From contig JBBIML010000010.1 of the NCBI GenBank assembly GCA_037444405.1, positions 96,001-160,000 of the forward strand: a DNA stretch of 64,000 nucleotides. Reading direction: 5' to 3'. Position 1 is the first letter of the stretch, and the number at the start of each line of letters is the position of its first letter. Below are positions 19,677 through 29,424 of the stretch, piece after piece. Source of the stretch: Armatimonadota bacterium. Lineage in GTDB: Bacteria; Armatimonadota; Fimbriimonadia; Fimbriimonadales; GBS-DC. The notes beneath the pieces are model-generated. The model was not told where the DNA came from. It did no database searches and saw nothing but the letters and a program-made list of their open reading frames with translations. Made by a program: the position numbers and the translations under genes.

Positions 19677-20159
19677 ATGCGAACATGCAGAGGCTCGGCA
19701 CTCACGGAACTGCTGATTGCGGTATTGCTCGTCACCCTGCTGGTGCTATCCATCGCTGCCATTACGCCGACAACCAGCCGCATGCAGACCCAGGCACAGC
19801 AGTACACCTACGCGCTGAACCTCGCTCAAACAGTGCTGGAGCGCGTGCGTACGCTTGAGTTCAATCAGATCACCTTCGAGGGCTTGCAGCAGAACGGGCT
19901 GGCACAAACGCTGGTGCTGAGCGAACCGAATCACTTCATCGCTCAGTTCACCACTGTGTCCACACCAGGGGGAGGCACCATCAATCTCGGCACGAACCTG
20001 CGCGAAGCGGTCGGCACCATCGAGGTGTTCAATCTGACGACCAACAACGACATCGCCATCGGGCTGAAGACGATTTTCGTGACGATTCAGTGGCGGGAGC
20101 CGCGCACCAATCGCGTTCAGCAGGTTCAGCTGGCGACCTCCGTCGCCAGCCTGCAATGA
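19677..20159 (+). CDS. Minor pilin (PilV-like)
   Basis: RG|SALTELLIAVLLV prepilin-like motif; C-terminal KTIFVTIQW. Confidence 0.7.
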   Translation: MRTCRGSALTELLIAVLLVTLLVLSIAAITPTTSRMQTQAQQYTYALNLAQTVLERVRTLEFNQITFEGLQQNGLAQTLVLSEPNHFIAQFTTVSTPGGGTINLGTNLREAVGTIEVFNLTTNNDIAIGLKTIFVTIQWREPRTNRVQQVQLATSVASLQ

Positions 20160-20162
20160 AGC

Positions 20163-20264
20163 GCCCCCTCTCCCCTCTGGGGAGAGAGTTGGGGTGAGGG
20201 GTTCGAGCAAGCAGGGGAGATCATGCCCCCTCACCTGTACCCTCTCCCCCGCTGGGGGAGAGGG
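20163..20264. repeat. CCCTCACCC-family repeats (two copies) inside the pilin operon
   Basis: CCCCTCTCCCCTCTGGGGAGAGAGTTGGGGTGAGGGG and CCCCTCACCTGTACCCTCTCCCCCGCTGGGGGAGAGGG. Confidence 0.8.
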
Positions 20265-20295
20265 CTATACGGAATCACAGGGGAGGATGCGACCA

Positions 20296-20856
20296 ATGAG
20301 ACGAAAACGCAGCCGCGCACGCGGCTCGATGATGCTGGAGCTGGTGTTCGCCAGCGCGCTCTCGGTGATGGTGATTGCGCTGCTGGTGGCAACGGAGCTG
20401 GGCGCCCTGCGCGCCTATCAGCGCGCCCTCAACCAGAACACCGCCAGCCGCGGCGCCTATAACGCCCTGCGCGAGATTCGCGGGCTTGCCCAGCAGGCGG
20501 TCAGCGTGACAATTAGCGGCGGCACGCAGGCAACCCTGCTGATGCCCCAGCGCGACGCCAGCGGCGCCATCCGCCTGCCCATCCAGCCCGATACAGCGAA
20601 CCCGTTCAGACTTACCGTCAACTTCTCGGCAGGCACGCTGACGCTCACCAGCAACGCGGGCACCCGTGTCCTGCTAACTGGTGTCCGCGACCGCACGCCG
20701 CAGGGCACAACCTACACGCCCTTTTCTTTCACCCAGTACGCGCCAGGTGTGGCGGCGCTCCATGTGCGCCTCAGCGTCCAGCAGGGCAATACCACCACAG
20801 CCACCACCGCATGGTTCGAAGAAACTATCCTGTTGCGCAACGCACCAGTTCAGTGA
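20296..20856 (+). CDS. Minor pilin (PilW-like)
   Basis: RG|SMMLELVFASALSV prepilin-like motif; C-terminal ETILLRN. Alternative start at 20287. Confidence 0.7.
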   Translation: MRRKRSRARGSMMLELVFASALSVMVIALLVATELGALRAYQRALNQNTASRGAYNALREIRGLAQQAVSVTISGGTQATLLMPQRDASGAIRLPIQPDTANPFRLTVNFSAGTLTLTSNAGTRVLLTGVRDRTPQGTTYTPFSFTQYAPGVAALHVRLSVQQGNTTTATTAWFEETILLRNAPVQ

Positions 20857-20880
20857 ACACACTATGGGGAGGGAGATACG

Positions 20881-22746
20881 ATGAGGAAGCGCACACAGCG
20901 TGGCAGCACGATGGTCACCACGCTCATCACGGGCGGGCTGACTATCGTCACGGCAACCGCTTATCTGGATTTAGCAACGCAGGATTTACGCACGGCGAAC
21001 GCTCGCATGCGCGAGGTCATCACCCAGAATCTGGCGGAGGCAGGGCTGAACGCCTCTATGCAGCAGCTCTGGCGTGAGTTCAAAATCAGCCAGCGGTTCG
21101 ACACTTTCGATAGCACCCTGCGCGACGCCTCACCCGATAGCCCTGCACGCACATGGAACGGCGTTCTCGGCACAGTGGGCAACTACACGGCGTCGGTCGT
21201 GGGCTATCAGACGATCGATTCCTACACGCGGCGCGTCACCCTGCGCGCCGTCGGCTGGCAGGATCGCAACGGCAATGGTCGGCTCGATTCAGGTGAGCCA
21301 CGCCAGGTGCTCCAGCAAACTTTCGATCTGCAACTCTCGCGCTCTGGCGTGTTCGACTACGCTTACTTCGTGAACAACTACGGCTGGATGTACGGCTTCG
21401 ATGGCGAGAGCCTGGTGACCAATGGCGATATGCGCTCCAACGGCGACTTCGAATTTCGCTACGGTCGCCCCACCATCAACGGCACGATTATCGCCGCGGC
21501 GAACGACAAGCTCACGCCCAGAGCGAACGGCTACATTATCGTGGAGGGCGGAACCGCGCCCCGACAGTGGACGACCAGCACCTATCGCTCCCGACAGGAT
21601 TCGAACTACCGCGGGCAGGGACCCTATATGCGTCAGGGCTACTCCAGCTCAGTGCATGGCGCAATTGGCAGCAGCACCTTCAACGAGTGGCGCGACTATC
21701 TGTACGAAGCCAGCGGGCAGATGATAGGTGGCTCGCCGTTTGGCGCCGTGCTTGCCGATTCGCGCGGCACACGCCGATTCGATGGCACCGTGCTGGACAA
21801 CCGTCCCACCCGCGAGATGGTGCTGCCCAACCTGAACGATCTGAACTATTATCTCAACCTCTCCCGCACATGGCGCGATCCACGAGCCACCTATCGCGAC
21901 GGCACATCGAACCCCTACTACAATCAGGAGGCATTCGTGGAGGTGTGGAACCCCAGTCGCAACCGTTACGAGCGCATCTCAACCAACGGCGTCATTAACG
22001 GTAGCGTCGCGCTGATTGGCTACCGAAACTATCCCATCCGCATTCACGGACCCGTCACCGTCACGCAGGATGTGGTCATTCGCGGCTATGTGGTGGGTCA
22101 GGGCACGCTCTACGCAGGGCGCAATGTGCATATCGTGGGCGACATCATCTACAAGAACCCGCCCGACTTCCGTGGGGGCGACTTCAACACCGTGCTGAAC
22201 AATGTGGAGAAGAAGGACGCGCTGGGGCTGGCAGCGCGAGGCAGCGTAATGATGGGCAATACGCGGCGGTTCAGCGACCCCTATCCCCTGCGCTACATGA
22301 CGCCGCCCTTCACACGCGGACGCTACGACGAGAACGGCAACTGGATCCCGCCCTTCAACGCCCTTGAACGCGACGAAACCGGACGCTACCGCTATCAGTC
22401 GGCTTATGGACGCGCTGACCAGAGCGACATCGAACAGCTCTCCCTACAAGTCGATATCGACCAGAACGGCACCATCTCCAGCGATGAACGCGGCATTTCG
22501 CGCATCGACGCCGTGCTGTTCACGAACTTCGTTGGCGGAGGGAACCTCGCCACCGACGGGCTGGGGCTGACCATCAACGGCACCATCATTGCCAAAGATG
22601 AGGCGATGGTGCTGTGGAGCATCCCGATGTGGCTCAACTACGACTGGCGCATCCGCGAGCGCAGCCTCGACGACACACCGCTCATCAATATCGAGCTGCC
22701 GCGCGTCGCCGCCGTGCGCCGCATGGCGTGGCAGCGCGTTTATTGA
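20881..22746 (+). CDS. PilX-like minor pilin / pilus tip-associated protein
   Basis: RG|STMVTTL (no E5, PilX-like), NLAEAGL motif, EF-hand-like DRNGNGRLD and DIDQNGTIS, C-terminal NYDWR. Confidence 0.72.
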   Translation: MRKRTQRGSTMVTTLITGGLTIVTATAYLDLATQDLRTANARMREVITQNLAEAGLNASMQQLWREFKISQRFDTFDSTLRDASPDSPARTWNGVLGTVGNYTASVVGYQTIDSYTRRVTLRAVGWQDRNGNGRLDSGEPRQVLQQTFDLQLSRSGVFDYAYFVNNYGWMYGFDGESLVTNGDMRSNGDFEFRYGRPTINGTIIAAANDKLTPRANGYIIVEGGTAPRQWTTSTYRSRQDSNYRGQGPYMRQGYSSSVHGAIGSSTFNEWRDYLYEASGQMIGGSPFGAVLADSRGTRRFDGTVLDNRPTREMVLPNLNDLNYYLNLSRTWRDPRATYRDGTSNPYYNQEAFVEVWNPSRNRYERISTNGVINGSVALIGYRNYPIRIHGPVTVTQDVVIRGYVVGQGTLYAGRNVHIVGDIIYKNPPDFRGGDFNTVLNNVEKKDALGLAARGSVMMGNTRRFSDPYPLRYMTPPFTRGRYDENGNWIPPFNALERDETGRYRYQSAYGRADQSDIEQLSLQVDIDQNGTISSDERGISRIDAVLFTNFVGGGNLATDGLGLTINGTIIAKDEAMVLWSIPMWLNYDWRIRERSLDDTPLINIELPRVAAVRRMAWQRVY

Positions 22747-22747
22747 T

Positions 22748-22837
22748 GCCCTCACCCCCAGCCCCTCTCCCACGCTGTGGGAGAGGGGAGCCAAAATCCC
22801 TCTCCCTCACAGGGGAAGAGGGTACGGGTGAGGGGGC
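22748..22837. repeat. CCCTCACCC-family repeat pair
   Basis: CCCTCACCCCCAGCCCCTCTCCCACGCTGTGGGAGAGGGG...GAAGAGGGTACGGGTGAGGGGG. Confidence 0.85.
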
Positions 22838-22865
22838 AACCCAACTTCACCGAGAACGAGGAGGG

Positions 22866-23348
22866 ATGAACATGAGAAAGCAACATCTGACACGATTTCT
22901 GGGCACGATAGCGATAGCCAGTCTCTGGCTCTTCGGCTGGAGCATCGTCTCGGAGCATCGCTCGCCGAACGAGCGACCCGAATGGTGGAAGCCTTACGAG
23001 AACGCCGCGCCAATTCAACCGTCGCCGACGGTGGTCGTGCCGCAGGGCGATGTGCCCACCGTTGTGGAGGAAGCCGTCACGCGCAGTGCGCCCGCTGGCG
23101 TGCCTGACACGCTGGTCATCCAGCCCCAGAGTGGGGTCGCAACCGTTAGTCTGCCCCGCGCCATCGATGGCGAGCAGGTGATGCAGCAGGCGAATCGCGA
23201 TATTGAGCGTCAGCGCGTGGCGTTCTGGCGTCCGTTCGCGCTGTTTGGCGGCTTCCTGTTGCTGGGCGGCGGCGCGGTGTTTGGGCTTCTGCGCTGGTGG
23301 AGCCAGCAGGTGCCCGCGCCGCCCCCTGTCCGTCGCCGCCGCTACTAA
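22866..23348 (+). CDS. Hypothetical membrane protein (two TM segments)
   Basis: GAGGG RBS; N- and C-terminal hydrophobic helices; basic tail RRRRY. Confidence 0.65.
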   Translation: MNMRKQHLTRFLGTIAIASLWLFGWSIVSEHRSPNERPEWWKPYENAAPIQPSPTVVVPQGDVPTVVEEAVTRSAPAGVPDTLVIQPQSGVATVSLPRAIDGEQVMQQANRDIERQRVAFWRPFALFGGFLLLGGGAVFGLLRWWSQQVPAPPPVRRRRY

Positions 23349-23367
23349 GCCACACCCTCTAAGGGGT

Positions 23368-24585
23368 CTACAGCCGTCCGCGCCCGCTGGTCAGCACGCC
23401 AGCGACGGGCGCGGGCGGCAACGCCCGAACCGCCAGCGCGAGCGCAATCACCATATCGTCGTGGAAGCCGCGCTCCGCGCCGAAACGCACCCCTGTCGGC
23501 GTCGCGCTCACCTCAAAGTGATACAGCTCCTGCAACAGCCTGCCATCGGGCAACAGCTGCAGCTGCTCGCGCTCCAGCATCAACGCGAGGCTCTCCACCA
23601 GCGACTGCTTGACCGCGCGGGTGAAGGTCAGCCCTTCCACAGGCACGGATAACGCCGATTGCAACGCCTCCACCAGTGGGTCGCCGACACCTGTGCGGTC
23701 GCACAGCACGCGCTGAACGCCATGCTGGTCCATCAATCGGGCAATCTGCGCCACCTGCTCCGCCCACGCCAGCCCCTGCCAGCGACGGATGTCCAGCATG
23801 CGCGCCGCCTGCTGGGAGCCATGCAGAATCGCCACCGCTGTCCAGTCCCGATAGCGTGCCCAGTCGACGCCCGCCACCACCATCCCATCGGGCTGAAGGC
23901 GCAGCAGCATGGCGCGATCGACCCACTCGGTGCGGAACAGCTGCCCCGCGTCGTCCAGGAACGCTGCGCCGTACTCCACCTGGAACTGGCGTTCGCTCAT
24001 CAGCTGCGCCTGCATCAGCAGGGTGCTGGGCGAGAGCAGCGGGTTCTGCCACGAGGGGCTGCGCAGGCTCCAGACGCGCTCGCTGCCCTGCTGACCCTCC
24101 CGATAGAGCCGATAGAAGTAGTTTTTGCCGCGCGGGGTGGAGACCAGCGCGAGCCGACCGCCCGTGTCGCTGAGCATCGGCATCAGCACCTCTATCACCA
24201 CCTGTTCGGGCACATAGGCGGCTTCGTCCACCACAATCAGGTGCGCCTTGCGCCCGCGCAGGAAAAGCCCGCCGCGCGTTGCCGGGCGCGCCCACAAGCG
24301 GCTCGGACCGATGGTCAGCACGGGCGCTGGTGTGCGTCGCACCTGGGGTTTCTCACCCACCTGACGCAACAGTCCGATCACCCGCTCAAACGGGATCAGC
24401 GCCTGCTCCTGCGAAGGCGCCACGATCAGCACCATACGGGGTGCAGGCTCCAGCAGGGTGCGGGCGACCTCCACCGCAATCACTTCCGTCTTGCCCCAGC
24501 GTCGCCCGCACGCCAGCACCCGAATGGGCGCCCGCGACTCCAGAAACGCGCGCTGCCCCGCATGGGGATACCAGCCCGCAATCAT
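23368..24585 (-). CDS. Phage-type terminase large subunit (Terminase_6-like), isolated
   Basis: Q motif PHAGQ, Walker A GRRWGKT, Walker B LIVVDEAA, coupling motif STPRG, nuclease acidic motifs GVDWA, CDRTGVG and HDDMVIALALA. Confidence 0.92.
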   Translation of the reverse strand: MIAGWYPHAGQRAFLESRAPIRVLACGRRWGKTEVIAVEVARTLLEPAPRMVLIVAPSQEQALIPFERVIGLLRQVGEKPQVRRTPAPVLTIGPSRLWARPATRGGLFLRGRKAHLIVVDEAAYVPEQVVIEVLMPMLSDTGGRLALVSTPRGKNYFYRLYREGQQGSERVWSLRSPSWQNPLLSPSTLLMQAQLMSERQFQVEYGAAFLDDAGQLFRTEWVDRAMLLRLQPDGMVVAGVDWARYRDWTAVAILHGSQQAARMLDIRRWQGLAWAEQVAQIARLMDQHGVQRVLCDRTGVGDPLVEALQSALSVPVEGLTFTRAVKQSLVESLALMLEREQLQLLPDGRLLQELYHFEVSATPTGVRFGAERGFHDDMVIALALAVRALPPAPVAGVLTSGRGRL

Positions 24586-24658
24586 GGCATCTCACTCCCG
24601 CTGATGAAGCCAGCACGCTTATAGATGGACAACCGTAGCAGCAGGTACAATCTCTGCT

Positions 24659-26248
24659 GTGAAACGGCGACTGTTGCTGGGGCTTTGGATCGGGCTAATC
24701 AGCCTCGCGCTGGCAGACCGACCCGCGTGGATGACCAGCGCGGAGAGCATCACGCCCGCCGATTTGCGGGCACACCTGGAGTTTATCGCCTCCGACGAGC
24801 TGGAAGGGCGCGACACGCCCTCGCGCGGACTCGATATCGCGGGCATGTACCTCGTGTCCCACCTCAAGCGCTGGGGGCTGAAACCGGGCGGCGAGAACGG
24901 CACCTACTATCAGACGCTCACCATCCGCACAGATCAGGTGCGCACCGAGTCGAGCGTGGTGCGCATTGGCACGCAGGAGTTCCGCTACGGTGAGGGCTTC
25001 CTGGCGCGCGCAGTGCCCCTCTCCATCGAAGCCCAGCCCGTGTATGTCGGCTACGGCTGGTCGAACCCCACCCAGAGCATCGATCCCTACAGGGGGCTGG
25101 ATGTGCGCGAGAAGGTGCTGGTGGTGCTGGGTGGCTTCCCGAAACAGGTGGCGCAACTGGGGCTGGAAAAGGCGCAGCAGGAAGGCTGGGTTAGCCCCGA
25201 AGAGAACGCTCGCCGCCGCGGCGCCCGCGCCATCCTGCGCATCGACCCCGCGCTGATGGAACGACTGGAGCGCCAGAGCCGCATGTGGGCGCGGCGACGC
25301 ATCGTTGAAGAGCTGGAACGCGAGGAACCCGGCATGCCCCTGATTGTGCCCTCCCGCGCCATGCTCGACATGCTCTGTCAGGGCGAGGAGGTGAGCGCGG
25401 ACGAACTCATCCAGCGCGCCCAATCGGGTGAAGCGGGCGAACCGTTCATCTTCCGTGCCAGCAAACGCCTGCACATCGAAATCGCCGTGCAGACCACACG
25501 CGAGACCGCCCGCAATGTAATCGCGGTTGCCGAAGGTAGCGATCCCGTTCTCAAAAACGAGTATGTGGTTGTCGGTGCGCACTTAGACCATGTGGGCGTG
25601 GGCACGCCGCGCCGACCGGGCGAAGATGTCATCTACAACGGCGCGGACGACGACGGCTCGGGAACCGTCGCGCTGCTGGAGATGGCGGAAGCGATTGCAC
25701 ACGGCGCACGACCCAAACGCTCGATGCTGTTCATCTGGCATGTGGGCGAGGAAAAAGGGCTATGGGGTTCACGACTGTTCACCGAGCGCCCAACCGTGCC
25801 CCTGCAGAACATTATTGCTGAAGTCAACATCGATATGATCGGGCGCAGCAAACCGCTGAACAACACCAACCCGCGCAACGCCGATCTGTCCGAACCCGAT
25901 GAAATCTTCGTGATCGGTCCCAAGCTCGCCAGCCCCGATCTCGGCAAAGTGCTGGAACGGGTGAACGCGAGCTATCTCAAACTGCGTCTGAACCCGCGCT
26001 ATGACGACCCCAGCGATCCCGAACGACTCTACTACCGCAGCGATCACTACAGCTACGCCCGCAAGGGCATCCCGGTCATCTTCTTCTTCAGCGGTCTGCA
26101 CGAGGATTATCACCAGCCCAGCGACCATGTGGACAAAATCGGCTTCGAGAAGATGGCGAAGGTTACGCGCACCATCTACGGGCTGGTGTGGAGCCTTGCA
26201 GACCAGGAGGAGCGTCCCGCGCGTGTGAAGGTGAGCGACGATGAGTGA
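24659..26248 (+). CDS. M28 family metallopeptidase with PA domain
   Basis: ASDELEGR, GAHLDHVG, NGADDDGSG, GEEKGLWGS, NIDMIGR, RSDH, DYHQPSD. Confidence 0.93.
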   Translation: MKRRLLLGLWIGLISLALADRPAWMTSAESITPADLRAHLEFIASDELEGRDTPSRGLDIAGMYLVSHLKRWGLKPGGENGTYYQTLTIRTDQVRTESSVVRIGTQEFRYGEGFLARAVPLSIEAQPVYVGYGWSNPTQSIDPYRGLDVREKVLVVLGGFPKQVAQLGLEKAQQEGWVSPEENARRRGARAILRIDPALMERLERQSRMWARRRIVEELEREEPGMPLIVPSRAMLDMLCQGEEVSADELIQRAQSGEAGEPFIFRASKRLHIEIAVQTTRETARNVIAVAEGSDPVLKNEYVVVGAHLDHVGVGTPRRPGEDVIYNGADDDGSGTVALLEMAEAIAHGARPKRSMLFIWHVGEEKGLWGSRLFTERPTVPLQNIIAEVNIDMIGRSKPLNNTNPRNADLSEPDEIFVIGPKLASPDLGKVLERVNASYLKLRLNPRYDDPSDPERLYYRSDHYSYARKGIPVIFFFSGLHEDYHQPSDHVDKIGFEKMAKVTRTIYGLVWSLADQEERPARVKVSDDE

Positions 26249-26765
26249 GCGCACACAGGAGCAGTTAATGGAGCAGGCAGCGCAGGCGCTTCAAGCCGCG
26301 CTCAAACGGCTGCATGTGCCCTTCAACGCCGACAGGTTCGAGTGGGAGGGTATCCTCGCGCGGGACTACCAAGCGCATGCAGGCGACGCGCGAGGCATGG
26401 GATGGCGCGGTATCCGACGCTACGGGCTGGGACGACCGCCCATTATCCCCGTCCAGTTTGCCCTGCGCTACTTCGAAATCGAGCCGGGCGGCTACTCCAG
26501 CCTTGAAAAGCATCACCATGCGCATCTGGTGATTGTGCTTCGCGGGCGTGGTCGGGCGCTGGTCGGCACGCGCCTGTTCGAGCTGAAGCCGTTCGACCTG
26601 CTCTATGTGCCGCCCGACACGCCGCACCGCTGGCTGAACCCCTATGAAGAGCCGTTCGGCTTCCTGTGCCCCGTGGACGCCGAGCGCGACCGCCCGCAAC
26701 CCATCAGCGACGAGGAGTGGGAAGCCCTCCGCCAGAACCCCGAAACCGCACCTTACCTGTTTTGA
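26241..26765 (+). CDS. Cupin domain protein
   Basis: RYFEIEPGGYSSLEKHHHAH, PPDTPH, FGFLCPVDAERDRP. Confidence 0.85.
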   Translation: MSERTQEQLMEQAAQALQAALKRLHVPFNADRFEWEGILARDYQAHAGDARGMGWRGIRRYGLGRPPIIPVQFALRYFEIEPGGYSSLEKHHHAHLVIVLRGRGRALVGTRLFELKPFDLLYVPPDTPHRWLNPYEEPFGFLCPVDAERDRPQPISDEEWEALRQNPETAPYLF

Positions 26766-26812
26766 CAGGTTTCTCACCTTCAGAGGGGGTTGGGGCTGAC
26801 CGAAAATAGGGG

Positions 26813-27532
26813 GTGATGGAGCCGATACCACTGGTGCGCCTGCTGAAGCGAGGCGATTGGGCAGATGTGCGTCGCCCGTCGCCGCCTGTACCTCCACCAC
26901 TGCCCGAACTGTCGGACGCCAGCCCGGCGCCGTACTCGCCTGAAACGGCTCGACAGCAAGCCGAGTCGCTCATCCAGCAGGCGCGCGCGGAAGCCGACGC
27001 TATCCGCCAGCAAGCCTATCAGGAGGGCTATCAGGCAGGTTATAAGGCGGGCGAAGCCGACGCCCACCAGCAACTGCAAGCCGATTACCAGCAGCAGGTG
27101 GACGAGCTGCGCCAGGCAGTGAACACCTTCCTTCAGCAGCTGCACGCCGAGTTTGAGGCTTATCTGCGCCTGGTGGAGCAGGAGATGCTCGCGCTCACGC
27201 TGGAGATAGCCCGCAAAATCGTGCGCGACGAACTGCGCCAGCACCCAGAGCATGTGCTGGGCGTGATTCGCGACACCCTGCGGCGCGTGCAGGGATTCGG
27301 ACAGGTGCGCGTGCGGGTGAACCCGCTCGATCTGGAGCTGGCGCGCCAGAATCGGGCGCACCTGATGGCGGTCATCGACTCGCTGGACGGGCTGGAGATT
27401 GTGGAGGATCGGCGTGTGGAGCCAGGCGGCTGCATCGTGGAGACGCCGCAGGGCATCTACGACGCCCGAATCGGCACGCAGTTCGAGGAGATTGAGCGGG
27501 CAATAGAAGATTCGCAGCCCGAGGCGGCATGA
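26813..27532 (+). CDS. fliH: Flagellar assembly protein FliH
   Basis: AYQEGYQAGYKAG GxxxG repeats, VRVNPLD, VEPGGCIVET..GIYDA. Confidence 0.9.
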   Translation: MMEPIPLVRLLKRGDWADVRRPSPPVPPPLPELSDASPAPYSPETARQQAESLIQQARAEADAIRQQAYQEGYQAGYKAGEADAHQQLQADYQQQVDELRQAVNTFLQQLHAEFEAYLRLVEQEMLALTLEIARKIVRDELRQHPEHVLGVIRDTLRRVQGFGQVRVRVNPLDLELARQNRAHLMAVIDSLDGLEIVEDRRVEPGGCIVETPQGIYDARIGTQFEEIERAIEDSQPEAA

Positions 27533-27556
27533 AGAAACCCCTGGAGAGGGATTACC

Positions 27557-28885
27557 ATGCGCAAGCCGGATTGGTCTGCATTAATCGAGCGTGTACGACA
27601 GCTGGATGCGGTTCGCATTCATGGGCGTGTGGTGGGCGCCGCTGGCTTGTTGATTGAGTCGCAGGGACCGCCTGCGCGATTGGGCGAGCTGTGCGCCGTC
27701 GCGCGCGGGCGCAACGCCGAGCCGCTGCTAACGGAGGTGGTCGGTTTTCGCGGGGGCAACCTGCTGTTGACGCCGCTGGGCGAGCTGACGGGCGTCTCTG
27801 CAGGCAGTGAGGTGATCCCACTGCGGCGGCAGGCGTCGGTGGCGGTTGGCGAGGCGTTGCTGGGGCGCGTGCTGGACGGGACGGGCAACCCCATCGATGG
27901 CAAACCATTGCCGCCTCTGCCCCAGCGATACCCGCTCTATCGGGACGCGCCCACCGCGCTGGAGCGCCCGCCCCTGCGCGAGCCGCTCCCGTGCGGAATT
28001 CGTGCCATCGACGCCATGCTCACCTGTGCACGGGGGCAGCGCATCGGCATCTTCGCAGGCAGCGGTGTCGGCAAAAGCACCCTGCTCGGCATGATCGCCC
28101 GCAACGCGACCGCCGATGTGAATGTGATTGCGCTGATTGGCGAGCGCGGACGCGAAGTGCGCGAGTTCATCGAGCAGAGTCTGGGCGAGCAGGGGCTACA
28201 GCACTCCGTGCTGGTGGTCGCGACCTCTGACCAGCCCGCGATCGTGCGTCAGCGTGCCGCGTTCGTCGCGACGGCGATTGCCGAATATTTCCGCGACACA
28301 GGGCGCGCGGTGCTGCTCATGATGGACTCGCTCACGCGGCTGGCGATGGCACAGCGCGAGATCGGGCTGGCGGCGGGCGAGCCGCCCTCCGCGCGCGGCT
28401 ACACACCTTCCGTGTTCGCGCTGATGCCGCGCCTGCTCGAACGCGCGGGCACAAGCCCCACCGGCAGCATCACCGCCTTCTACACCGTGCTGGTCGACGC
28501 CGACGATCTGAACGACCCCATCGCCGACACCGCCCGCGCCATTCTGGATGGGCATATCGTGCTGTCGCGCGCGCTCACCCAGCAGGGGCACTACCCGCCG
28601 ATTGATGTCCTCTCCAGTCTCTCGCGCGTGATGCCGAATATCGTTCGGCAGGAGCATCTGCAGGCAGCGAACCGCCTGCGCCAGATATTGAGCGCGTATC
28701 GCGACGCCGAAGATTTGATCCTTATCGGCGCGTATCAGCAGGGGATGAACCCGCTGGTGGACTTCGCGATTGAGAATCGGGAGCGTATCCAGCGCTTTCT
28801 CCAGCAGGCACTGGACGAACACGCGCCCTTTGAGCAGACCGTCCAGCAGCTGCAGGCAATCGCTGAGGATTCGATGAGGGCATAA
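27557..28885 (+). CDS. fliI: Flagellar export ATPase FliI
   Basis: GQRIGIFAGSGVGKSTLLGM, IGERGREV, MDSLTRLAMAQRE, LDGHIVLSR. Confidence 0.95.
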   Translation: MRKPDWSALIERVRQLDAVRIHGRVVGAAGLLIESQGPPARLGELCAVARGRNAEPLLTEVVGFRGGNLLLTPLGELTGVSAGSEVIPLRRQASVAVGEALLGRVLDGTGNPIDGKPLPPLPQRYPLYRDAPTALERPPLREPLPCGIRAIDAMLTCARGQRIGIFAGSGVGKSTLLGMIARNATADVNVIALIGERGREVREFIEQSLGEQGLQHSVLVVATSDQPAIVRQRAAFVATAIAEYFRDTGRAVLLMMDSLTRLAMAQREIGLAAGEPPSARGYTPSVFALMPRLLERAGTSPTGSITAFYTVLVDADDLNDPIADTARAILDGHIVLSRALTQQGHYPPIDVLSSLSRVMPNIVRQEHLQAANRLRQILSAYRDAEDLILIGAYQQGMNPLVDFAIENRERIQRFLQQALDEHAPFEQTVQQLQAIAEDSMRA

Positions 28886-28900
28886 GACAACTGTGAGCCT

Positions 28901-28926
28901 GTACGGGCGCAGTTCCTGCGCCCAAC
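28901..28926. repeat. Degenerate GTAG-type REP-like hairpin
   Basis: GTACGGGCGCAGTTCCTGCGCCCAAC. Confidence 0.55.
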
Positions 28927-28959
28927 TCACCCGGACGCGATGGGGAGCATAAGACAGCC

Positions 28960-29424
28960 ATGAGACGATTTCGGTTCCGACTGGAGCGGGTCTTGCAGTA
29001 TCGGCAGACGCAGGAGGAGATGGCGCTGCGGGCGTTGCGCACGGCTATCCAGCGGCGACAGGAGCTGGAGCGCGCGATGGAGCGCGTGCGCCAGCGCATC
29101 CAGCAACTCAGCCAGCTCGCGCTGGCGCCCGAGGAGTGGCTGCGCCGCGAGCAGGCAATCGGCGCGTTGCAGGCGCGACTGAACACGCTAAAAGAGACGC
29201 TGCCCCTGCTGATAGAGCAGGAACAGCAGGCGCGTGAGGCTTATCTTCAGGCGCGTCAGCGGCGCGAATCGCTCTCACGCCTGCGTGCGCGCGCACTCGA
29301 CCATTTCCAGCAGGAGCTGAGCCGAATCTTACAGCGGGAGACGGACGAGGTGGTTGTCTATGCGTATCAGCGAAGCGTTCCAGCGGACCCTTCAGCGCGT
29401 TCAGGAGATACAGGCGCGGATTGA
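28960..29424 (+). CDS. fliJ: Flagellar export protein FliJ
   Basis: [15 protein letters not shown] start, coiled coil, QRETDE motif; follows fliI. Confidence 0.85.
   Translation: MRRFRFRLERVLQYRQTQEEMALRALRTAIQRRQELERAMERVRQRIQQLSQLALAPEEWLRREQAIGALQARLNTLKETLPLLIEQEQQAREAYLQARQRRESLSRLRARALDHFQQELSRILQRETDEVVVYAYQRSVPADPSARSGDTGAD

Noticed and set aside
23355..23364. Short CCCTCTAAG motif also at ~44894 and ~48966 as an insertion target
   Set aside because: Too short and too few copies to distinguish from chance.
22866..26248. Prophage around the terminase
   Set aside because: Flanking genes are cellular; no integrase, portal, capsid, tail or att repeats are visible.
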